A DNA stretch of 64,000 bases, from the NCBI RefSeq assembly GCF_009914755.1, contig NC_060937.1. The stretch is one strand, 5' to 3'. The translations under genes were made by a program, and so were the position numbers. The notes below the pieces were generated by a model. It worked only from the letters and a program-made list of their open reading frames with translations, was not told where the DNA came from and made no database searches. Within the stretch, counting starts at the first letter, position 1; each line of letters begins with the position of its first letter. Shown piece after piece: positions 54,215-64,000 of the stretch. The stretch comes from the human T2T-CHM13v2.0 reference genome, Homo sapiens.

Positions 54215-56681
54215 TGATATGGTTTGGCTGTGTCCTCACCCAAATCTCATCTTGAATTTTAGCTCCCATAATTCCCACATGTTGTGGGAGAGAGCCAGTG
54301 GGATATAATTAAATCCTGGGGGCTGTGGCCCCAGTACTGTTCTCATGGTAGGGAATGAAAAAGTCTCACAAGATCTGATGGTTTTAGAAGGGGAAACCCC
54401 TTTCACTTGGATCTCAATCTCTCTCCTGTATGCTGCCATGTAAGTTGTGCCTTTCAGCTTTTGCCATGATTGTGAGGCCTCCCCAGCCACGTGGAGCTGT
54501 GAGTTCATTAAACCTCTTTTTCTTTATAAATTATCCCATCTCATGTATGTCTTTATCAGCAGCGTAAAAAACAGACTAATGCAGTAAATTGGTACCAAGA
54601 ATGGAGCTCTACTAAAAAGTTACCTGAAAATGTGGAAGCGACTTTGGAACTGGGTTACAGACAGAAGTTGAAACAGTTTGGAAGGCTCAGAAGAAGACAG
54701 GAAAATATGGAACAGTTTGGAACTTCCTAGAGATTTGTTAAATGGCTTTGAACAAGTTGCTGATAATGACACGGGCAATGAAATCCAGGCTGAAGTAGTT
54801 TCAGATGGAGATGAGGAACTTGTTGGGAACTGGAGCAAAGGTGACCCTTTTCTATGTTTTCATAAAAAAACTGGCAGCATTTTTGCCCCTGCCATAGAGG
54901 TTAGTGAAACTTTGAACTTGAGAGAGACGATTTAGAATATCTGGCAGAAGTAGTTTCTAAGCAGCAAAGCATTCAGGAGGTGACTTGGTTGCTGGTAAAG
55001 GCACTGTTTTAAAAGGGAAATAGAGCCTAATACTTTGTAAAATTTGCAGCCTGACAATGCAATAGAAAAGAAAATCCCATTTTCTGAGGAGAAATTCAAG
55101 TCAGCTGCAGAAATCTGCATAAGTAATGAGAAGCCCAATGTTAATCACGAAGACACTGTGGAAAATGTCTCCAGGGCATATCAGAGACCTTTGCAGCAGC
55201 CCCTCCCATCAGAGACCCAGAAGCCTATGAGGAAAAAAAAAAAAAAAAAACGGTTTCCTGGGCCAGTCCCAGGGTCCCTCTGCTGTGTGTAGTCTAGTGA
55301 CTTGGTGCCCTGCATCCCAGCCACTCCAGTCACGACTTAAAAGGGTGAAGGTGGCCGGCAGTGGTGGCTCACGACTGTTATCCCAGCACTTTGGGAGGCC
55401 GAGGCGGGCAGATCACGAGGGCAGGAGATCTAGACCATCCTGGTTAACATGGTGAAATCCCGTCTCTACTAAAAATACAAAAAAATTAGCCACGTGTGGT
55501 GGCGGGTGTAGTAGTCCCAGCTACTCGGGAGGGAGGCTGAGGCGGACTAATGGCATGAACCTGGGAGGTGGAGCTTGCAGTGAGCAGAGATCATGCCACT
55601 GCACTCCAGCCTGGGCGAAAGAGCGAGGCTGCATCTCAAAAAAAAAAAAAAAGGGGCCAAGGTAAGCGCTGGTCATGGCTTCAGAGGGTTCAAGTCCCAA
55701 GCCTTGGCAACTTCTTCTTGGTGTTGAGGCTGTGGGTGCACAGAGGCTCTCCACTGAAGCACTGCCTAGTGGAGCTGTGAGAAGAGGGCCACTGTCCTCT
55801 AGACTCCAGAATGGTAGATCCACCAACAGTTTGCACCATGCAACTGGAAAAGATGCAGACACTCAAACCCAGCCCTTGAAAGCATCTGGGAGCTGTACCC
55901 TGCAGGTCACAGGGGCAGAGCTGCCCAAGATCATGGGAATCCACTTCTTGCATCAGCATGACCTGGATGTGAGACCTGGGGTCCAAGGAGATCATTTTGA
56001 AGCTTTAAGATTTAACTGCCCCACTGGATTTCGGACTTGCATGGGGCCTGTAGCCCCTCGATTTAGGCCATTTTCTCCCGTTTGTAATGGCTGTATTTAC
56101 CCAATGCCTGTATCTCCATTGTATCCAGGGAGTAACTAACTTGCTTTTGATTTTACAGGCTCATAGGTGGACGAGACTTGCCTTGTCTCAGATGAGAGTT
56201 TGGACTGTGGACTTTTGAGTTAATGCTGAAATGATTTAAGACTTTGGGGGACTGTTGGGAAGACATGATTGATTTTGAAATGTGAGGACATGAGATTTGA
56301 GAATGGCCAGGGGCAGAATAATATGGTTTGACTGTGTCCCCACCCAAATCTCATTTTGAATTATAGCTCCCATAATTCCCATGTGTTGTAGGAGAAACCC
56401 ACTGGAAGATAATTGAATCATGGGCGCAGTTTCCCTCACACTGTTTTGTGATAGTGAATAGATCTCACAAGATCTGATTGTTTTATAAGGGGAAAACCCT
56501 TTCACTTGGATCTCATTATCTCTCTTGTCTATCACCATGTAAGACATGGCTTTAGCCTTCTGCCATGATTATGAGACTTCCCCAGCCACATGGAACTGTG
56601 AGTCCATTAAACTTCTTTTTCTTTATAAATTACCCAGTCTCGGGTATTTCTTTATCAGCTACATAAAAACAGACTAACACA
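54215..56681 (+). mobile_element. THE1B-like MaLR element: LTRs 54215-54583 and 56319-56681, internal region with AluY and a deletion of about 160 bp
   Basis: TGATATGGTTTGGCTGTGTCC...GGAAACCCCTTTCACTTGG...AGACTAA..CA twice. GTAAATTGGTACC internal start. Confidence 0.92.
55353..55650 (+). mobile_element. AluY-like in THE1-int
   Basis: GATCACGAGG.CAGGAGATC.AGACCATCCTGG and GGAGCTTGCAGTGAG. Degenerate TSD AAAGGG...AAGGT. Confidence 0.9.
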
Positions 56682-57419
56682 AATTCCAAGTGAGCTTAGT
56701 AGCATACCTTTTTTTAGCCAAAAACTGTAAGAAATGCAGAAATAATTTGAGAAAGCATAAATAAAGTTATAATGGGAAACATAAAATCTTCTTCAGATTT
56801 ACCAATTGTAGTGTATCACAAATCGAAAACATAATAAAAAGTAAAAACAGAAAATAGTACAATTGAGCTTTAAATCTTTCAAATCCAGAACATATATTTT
56901 TGTAAGTTTTTGTAATGTATACTAAAATTATCAAATAGTTAACCACAAAAAATCTTAAAACTTATAATAAGTATTCATACAGTCTTTTTTCATCTTTAAT
57001 GAGGTAATGAGGAGTCCTAAATGACCAGGTGTTATTCATAGCTTTGAGTTTATTGAAATTCTTACAACTCTGTTTATTAGATATGCACTCATATTCCTAA
57101 TTCAAAATCAGGATCTCAAATTTGCAGAGCCAGAAGTTGTGAGGATTTAAGCAAAAATTCTACAGGTGAGCCATAGGGACTTACGAAGAGCAGGGGCAAT
57201 ATTACTCCTGAAGTCACAAATTCTAGTAGTTTGGGACACAGCACTATATTTTAGTTCATATACTGCATCTTAGAGGAAAACATCCAAACACACAGGGTCT
57301 TGTTTCCAGTCTGGCAAATTAACTCAGATTTTATAAGACATTCTACCATTTTACTAGGTTGGCTACTTCTAAATAGTGAGATATCTACCACAACCAATAA
57401 GTCTCAAGATTGTACATTC

Positions 57420-57775
57420 ATATCTTATTTGCTAGGGTGCTAAAATCATCTGAATCCGACTTCCACCTGGTGGTTGTTGGTGGCTTTCATCTGGGCTGTC
57501 AACTTTTCTCTACTTGGACTTCTCTGTTTCTCTCCCTGTAAGCTAATTTGGGCTTTCTTATAGCATAGTTGTTGGGTTCCAAGAGTGTGTGTCCTGAGAA
57601 AAAGAAAGGAGAGCAAAAGCTGTAATGATTTTTAGTACCATGCTTTAGACAATGTTACTTCTATTGCAGTGTACACATTACAAATTAGAAATTAAGGTGA
57701 CCCTATATTTGAGGAGAAAGAAAGTACACTCAAATATAGGTTGGAGAATTGACCAAAATATGTGCAGACCTTTTT
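57420..57775 (-). mobile_element. Old MLT1 (H/I/J-like) LTR, probably followed by MLT1-internal sequence to about 59400
   Basis: TTGGGCTTTCTTATAGCATAGTTGTTGGGTTCCAAGAG...AAAAGCTGTA..., and internal-like CAAATACAATGGTGGAACAG at about 58661. Confidence 0.55.
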
Positions 57776-57867
57776 GTTGACCTCTGGCCATATGAGGTTT
57801 ACATTATTTGCATATAAAAAATATATCCCACTTTCTAAGACCCATTTTCAAATAATCATATATGAAA

Positions 57868-58047
57868 CAGTAATATTTTTAGTACTGTATATACAATCTC
57901 TGTCCAAATTACTTAGCTCTGCCATTATAGCTTGAAAGTAGCCCCAGACAATGTGTAAATGAATGTATATGGCTGTGTTTCAGTAATACCTCATTTACAA
58001 ACATGTGGGTCAGAATTGCCCTGCTGCCCACAGTTTGCTGACCTCTG
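57868..58047 (+). mobile_element. MER58-like hAT-Charlie fragment
   Basis: ACTTAGCTCTGCCATTATAGC.TGAAAGTAGCC..AGACAAT...GGCTGTGTTTCAGTAA...CAGTTTGCTGACCTCTG. Confidence 0.75.
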
Positions 58048-58068
58048 ATCTACTGCAACAAGTTCAGA

Positions 58069-59225
58069 TTATTTTCTCCTATTCAAGTTTCTCAAATAAA
58101 AAGGGACTTCAGAGGAAAAGTTAAATTCAGTATGTAAATATAATATCATTGGCAAAGACCACAGAAAAACCCAAATTAATGCCTCAGAAATATTCAGTTA
58201 GATAAAATATTCATTAATTATTAGTTGGCATGCATCATACTTTTCACTGAAGTGCTTCTTCAAGGTTCAAGGTCTGCACGTGAGAATCTGTCCCATGTAT
58301 AAGTATCAGTAGAGTTCCTCAGAAATGTTTCCTTTGGTAAAAGGATTTGTAGATTTCAGGATGTAGGGAAATGCCTGGATGTCCAGGCATAAGTTTGCTG
58401 CAGGGGTGGGGTACTCATGGAGAACCTCTGCTAGGGCAGTACAAGAAGGAAATGTGGAGTCACATTTGTGTTGCCCACAGTTTGCTGACTACTGATCCAC
58501 TGCAACAAGTTCATTCCTGAGGTTCAAGGTCTGCACATGAGAATCTGGCCCATGTATCAATAGAGTTCCTCAGAAATGTTTTCTTTGGTAGAACATTGCA
58601 CATTTAGTTTATCTCAATTAAAGAATAAAGAACCAACAAGACAAGGTATCCCTCTCAACCCAAATACAATGGTGGAACAGAAATTGAATAATCACTATAG
58701 CCACTCCCACTCAAAAGTGGGAGAGGAATGGCTGACATCTAGAAGATACAAACATTCATGGCACAACTGTGCAGAGATGGCCGGTGAAATCGTTTCGTGA
58801 GCCTGCTGTTGGCCTTTAGAAGTCTGAGGGTCCAAAGATCCCCTTTAATTTTGCACTGTTTCTGTTCCTTCTAGTTCAAGCTTAAATAGCTCTATATAAC
58901 ATTTTTGTGGGTCTTATGAATTAATTGGTTATTCACTCCGTTAGACAAAAGACACATTAAAAATCTCCAACATAAGACTTTCTCTGCCTTGAATTTCCTG
59001 TAAGGGTGATTAGGACACTTTTCTTAATATTTTCAGATGCACTTCAGTGAAAAGTATGAGGCATGCTGACTAATAATTAATGAATATTTTGTCTAACTGA
59101 ATATTTTCGAGGCATTAATTTGGATTTTTCTGTGGTCTTTGCCAATGATATTATATTTACATACTGAATTTAACTTTTCCTCTGAAGTCCCTTTTTATTT
59201 GAGAAACTTGAATAGGAGAGAATAA
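58069..59225. repeat. 187-bp inverted repeat (58069-58255 / 59039-59225), 783-nt spacer
   Basis: The reverse complement aligns without gaps, with about 8 mismatches. Confidence 0.95.
58350..58462 (+). mobile_element. Isolated THE1-internal fragment (113 bp)
   Basis: TAGATTTCAGGATGTA.GGAAATGCCTGGATGTCCAGGCA...CTCATGGAGAACCTCTGCTAGGGCAGT. Homologous to 41899-42013. Confidence 0.9.
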
Positions 59226-60219
59226 AAAATAATTTAAATTTTAAACCCAGAAAGCTGTATCTTATTAATATGATTTTAATTTTTGCTTAAATTCTTAAAA
59301 ATATTTATTAAATTTTAACCTCATGTATCTCCTTCTTAATTTTACTATAGGCAGTCAGTTGAAACAAGGTGGCATCTCCAACACTCTACCTAGAAATACG
59401 TGAAACATTGAGCATGCTAATAGGTTACTATGGCGCATTTTTCATAGTCTGTAAACCAATGTTGGCGTGTCATTATTAACTCAAGGTTATACTGATTTAC
59501 AACTGAATATTGATGTTAGAAGTCCCTCTATATATTTATGAAATGTTTATGTGTGTAATCTTTCTTTCTCACTAATGAAAATCTGGTTAGATGCATAGGT
59601 GCAAAGTACAGACTGAATATTCTAGAGACTTTTAAGACAGTTTTGCTAATGTGATTAAATTCATAGGGTTGGCACTCAAGAATAGTTCTTAGAAGTATTC
59701 TTATAGAGAAGAGACCTGTATCTATCTTCTCTTACTCTTGCTGTTTGAAATGCCAAGTGTAACTGCTGAATCTTCAGCTATAATCTTGTACTAAGAGGTA
59801 AATCTGGGAATAGAAAATAAGAAAGTACAGGACTATGATTGAGAGTAACTAATCTATCTTACCTTCAAGTGGATTAAAAGTCTTGGATTCATGATTCCTG
59901 TACTTGTTTGACAATTCATAAAAAATAGCCTTCTATCATTTTTACAACAGTGCTTTTTGAGTATTTTTGTAATACATAGTCAAGCCTAGACTTGCTCATA
60001 CATAACTTTAAACTAAGTATAACCAGGTCATTATGTGAGCTCAATAAACGAAGACAAACTTGCACTAGTAAAGCACAGATATCCACCACCCCCGAGCTTT
60101 GTGTTTAAGATCAAGTTAATGATTCTAAATCTGTGATAATTATTCCATCCTTTTCTTTCTTACTTCTAGTACACTATTTACTGTTCTACTTTCAGGATTC
60201 TCTCACTCCAAAAACACTG

Positions 60220-61126
60220 TGGTGATGGTAAATTTTGTGTGTCAAGTTGACTGGGCCAAGGGATAACCAGACCAATGATAAAACCATGTTTTTAGTTGTG
60301 TCTATGAAGGTGTTTCTGGGGGAGATTAGGATTTGAGTCAATAGAATGAATAAAGAAGATTTGCTCTCACCTATTAGGGTGTGCCTTATTGATATGGTTT
60401 GGCTGTGTCCCCACCCAAATCTCATCTTGAATTAAAGTTCCCATAATCCCCAAGTTTCATGGGAGGGACCTGGTGGGAAGTAATTAAATCATGGGAGTGG
60501 TTACCCTCATGCTGTTCTCATGATACTGAGTGAGTTCTCATGAGATCTGATGGCTTTCTAAGGGGCTTATCCCTCACTTCACTCTATACTTCTCCTTCCC
60601 ACCACCATGTGAAGAAGGACATATTTGCTTCCGCTTCCACCATAAATGTAAGTTTCCTGAGGCCTTCCCAGCCATTTGAAACTGTGAGCCAATTAAGCCT
60701 CTTTCCTTTATATTACCCAGTCTCAGGCAGTTCTTTATAGCAGTGTGAGAATGAACTTATACACTCATCCAACCTATTGAGAGCCCCAAATAGAATAAAT
60801 ACATGAAGAAGGGGTGAATTGTATCTCTTTCTCTGAGATATCAAGCTTTTCCTTCCTCAGACATAGGAATTCCTTGTTCTCAGGCCTTCAGACTGGGTCT
60901 GAGTTACACCATCAGCTTTTCTAGTTCTGCAGTTCATAAGAGGAATATCGTGGGATTTCTCAGCCTCCATAATCCTGTAAGAAATCTCCCATAATAAATC
61001 TCTTCTCTCCCTCTCTCTCTCCTTCTCTCTCTCCAGATAGATACGTAAATAGATAGATTTAGATTTAAATATAGATACAGATATAGATAGAGGATCTTAA
61101 ATCTCCTATTAGAGAATCCTAATACA
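60220..61126 (+). mobile_element. MLT2 (ERVL) LTR split by THE1D
   Basis: GTGATGGTAAATTTTGTGTGTCAAGTTGACTGGGCCAAGG ... CTCAGCCTCCATAATC...GAGAATCCTAATACA. Confidence 0.82.
60390..60763 (+). mobile_element. THE1D-like solo LTR
   Basis: TGATATGGTTTGGCTGTGTCCCCACCC...TATAGCAGTGTGAGAATGAACTTATACA. TSD CTTAT/CTCAT. Confidence 0.9.
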
Positions 61127-61509
61127 ACTTTACATTCTGGTTTTGAAATAACTTCTAATCTTCACAGAATTTTTTTTACTGATGGAAATTACATGTAAGA
61201 ATATATTTAACATAACATATTATTGTATGTGTAATTACATCCACACACATATATATGCATCTTATACATGTACACTTTTACAGTAAGCCACCTTTATAAT
61301 GAAACTGTGCTTCAGTATCTATTGGGGATAATTTTATAATTTCCTTCTTTTGATGTTTTTAAATAATGGTGTTGGAAATCAAAATTTTACTTAAATTTTA
61401 AATTTATAAAACTCTAACTTTAAAAAACAAAATATTGTTTACTTTTTCAGGGCTATTTAATGAATTATGTGTTGTCTTCTTTATCTTAAAAAAAATAAAG
61501 GGTAGAGTA

Positions 61510-62207
61510 TATAAATGAAAAAGTGACTGAGGCAGGTATCAATCGCTTAGAGATTTATTTTGCCAGGGTCGAGAATGTGCCCAGGAGAAACACAAATCAC
61601 AGGAGCATCTGTGACCTGCACATTTTCCAAAGAGGCTTTTGAGAACCTCAGTATTTAAAGGGGACAGAGCAAGCAGAAGGAGAAGAACAAAAAAAGAGGG
61701 GAGGGTGAGCAATGAAGCAAGTGGTTGCATTCTCACGAGGCTCGAATTACTGCTCAGTGAATCTACATTTTACATGTGAAAGAGCAGACAGTAGAGGAAA
61801 AAATCAATGATGCATTCATCTCAGAGTGGGAAGAGGGATGAATTCTAATTTTGTCCTTGTCTTGTCTGTACCTGTGAAGATAAGCTGGTAATTGACACTG
61901 TCGAGAAAAGATTTAACAGAACTTGGTTTCAGGGCTAGTTTCAAGGGGGAGCATGCATTCTAAACAATTTGGGGCCCACAAGGAATTTTTTTGTCCAACA
62001 TTTGTGAGACAGGCCATCTGGGAAGACCTGTAGCCTTCTCCCACTGTGGGAACCTGGCTTATGTATGACGTTATGACATAAGCTTGTGAAATTACAGCTG
62101 TCTGTTTGAGAACAATAGGAAGGCAGTTTTGTGTGTCTCAGGTCCAAATTTTAACTCTCCATTTGAAATAGCAAGTTTGGGGTTCCAAGATTCTGTTTTC
62201 TTTCACG
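61510..62207 (-). mobile_element. MER4 (MER4B/C-like) ERV1 solo LTR
   Basis: GAGATTTATTTTGCCAGGGT.GAG ... CTCAGTGAATCTACATTTTACAT ... TTTGGGGTTCCAAGATTCTGTTTTCTTTCAC. Confidence 0.8.
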
Positions 62208-64000
62208 GGTAATTGTGAATTCACCATCAATTCTCTAGAAATAAAAGCCTTTTTACACACATTTCAAAATATTTTCTAGGATTCATCTGATCTAAAATTC
62301 CTTGCTTGTGTGGCTGCTGACTCTATCAGTTGTACACATGACTTCATGCATTAACTCTCGCCTCCGGCGGATTCTGCTCCTGCCTCGGAGATTTGAGGTA
62401 TGTGAAAGTCGGGAAATCACACACACATGGTCTGCTTCAGCAAGGTGGAGAACGATATTAACAGGACACACATTCTCCTTTACTGGCCCACCAATCTCAC
62501 TTTATTGGTTTGCTATTGAATTTATTGCTTATAAACCTTGGAGGATGAAAATACCATATAAAATATATATATATATTTTTATAGTTTTACGCTTATTCTA
62601 ATGGTTTCTATGTTCTGGGTGTCATTGAGTAGAAACCCGTTCCTTATTTTCCCCTTACAATTCTTATTCATTCTTATGCTAAAGATACTAAAAATCACAT
62701 CCAGGTTACTAATTTCCATCTCTATCACCATTCTAATAATTACATATTTTTCTTAATTTTTCTGCATTACGTTTACTTTCATATTTAAAATGCTTGACAT
62801 TTTCTGTGTTTTGTGCTACTATTTTCTTTCTATTTAGAGTTTCATCTAGCTTTCTCTCAAAGCATTTGCCATGTTAAATATATGTCATTTCCCAAGTGAC
62901 TAAGACTTAAATTCCTCCTTTTAATCTCCCAACCAATGTTAATAAATTATGCTTTAGGGATAAACTTATCTCGTCCCCATTTTAGGGAGTAATCACTCAC
63001 TGATTCCAAGAATATCTGTAGCATTTTAGATCAAATAAAATAATTGGTATGTTCCAAAAGAAGCAGATAAGATAGGGAAAGGATAAATGTCTTAGGCTTT
63101 ATCGTTTTCCAGTAATGGATAATGAAGATTGACTCAGAATATAATAGTTAGATCAGAACAAATTCTTCTTGACTTCCTAACTCTACCTGAAAGTTTTTGT
63201 ACCTCTCAATGTGTATAACAGTATCTGCTGCTATTTACCTCACTGTGCACATTCTGCTCAAAAGCTGCTTTTAATTAATGTTAACTGAAAAGGTAAGCTT
63301 ATAGAATAAATTACTGTGGCCAAAACCCATTACATCTAAGTTATTCCACCAGATCTTTGTGTTTTGACAGGAAAATGACCAAGGTAAATTAATTTTGAAG
63401 TACAAAATGTAATACTATTATTAGAACCAGTTTGAAAATACATATTTTTAAATCTCTACAATTGTTTTTTAAGGAAGGGTTTTTTAAAAATATATTTTTC
63501 AATGATACATATCTGTTTCTATTAAAGGGATACTCTTGTGGAGAGAGTTCAAAATCTAATTCTGACAGCTAAGCAAGCATAACTTACTCCAGAAAAGAGC
63601 AAAGAAGCTCTCAGGCATTTTTAGCAAAATATTTATGCAAGCATTCTCTACCTAGAGTCCTGTTTATATGTATACAATGGTAGCAATGTCTCAAAAATGA
63701 AAAAAAAAAAAAAAAAGAATCTGGAGATTACAATGAAATTCAAAATCCCAAAGGATAGTTACCACTTTTTTCATTAGGAATAGATTCCCAATTATATCAG
63801 CTATCATTTAACCATATAGTTTCTATTTTCTAGTTTAAATAAGCATAAAATCTATTGATACTACATTCATACAAACGACAACACCAGGCAAAACCAGTAT
63901 GAGAAAATTGCTTACAAATATTTTAGCTTTATCTCAGTTAAGAATAGTTAAGTATCTCACTAAACTACAATTAGGTCAGATTATGAAAAGGTAAGATTAT

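Noticed and set aside
55675-56139. 154-aa ORF
   Set aside because: It lies wholly within THE1-internal sequence downstream of an Alu and spans a deletion. It is a remnant of the decayed MaLR ORF.
62302-62601. 99-aa ORF overlapping the CpG patch
   Set aside because: Non-ATG start, no recognisable domain, and it ends in an AT microsatellite.

Overview
AT-rich, CpG-depleted primate (very probably human/hominoid) intergenic or deep-intronic DNA. I find no credible protein-coding gene, tRNA, rRNA or CRISPR array. Almost all ORFs in the track are translations of Alu, L1, LTR or microsatellite sequence. Roughly half of the window is interspersed repeat: about 13 Alus, several L1, L2 and MIR remnants, DNA transposons (MER1A, MER47B, MADE1, MER58, Kanga-like) and a high density of LTR elements. 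The LTR elements include a two-LTR LOR1 provirus, two THE1 elements, an MST element, solo LTRs, and a 5.9 kb two-LTR HERV-H provirus on the minus strand. The HERV-H has an intact TSD, tRNA-His PBS, TATA box and splice donor, LTR7up-like LTRs, and an open ESRG-like leader ORF. The most unusual signals are local rearrangements that the repeat annotation does not explain. (1) A multi-template patch at about 58.0-59.2 kb: direct duplications, a 187-bp inverted copy, and a THE1-internal fragment that is missing from the neighbouring THE1. (2) A 234-bp unique segment copied into an L1 body 2.6 kb away. (3) An internal duplication in the LOR1 provirus. (4) Several perfect hairpins. Repeat family names come from recall of consensus sequences, not a database search, and mismatch counts were made by eye. 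I do not see evidence for a novel gene system.
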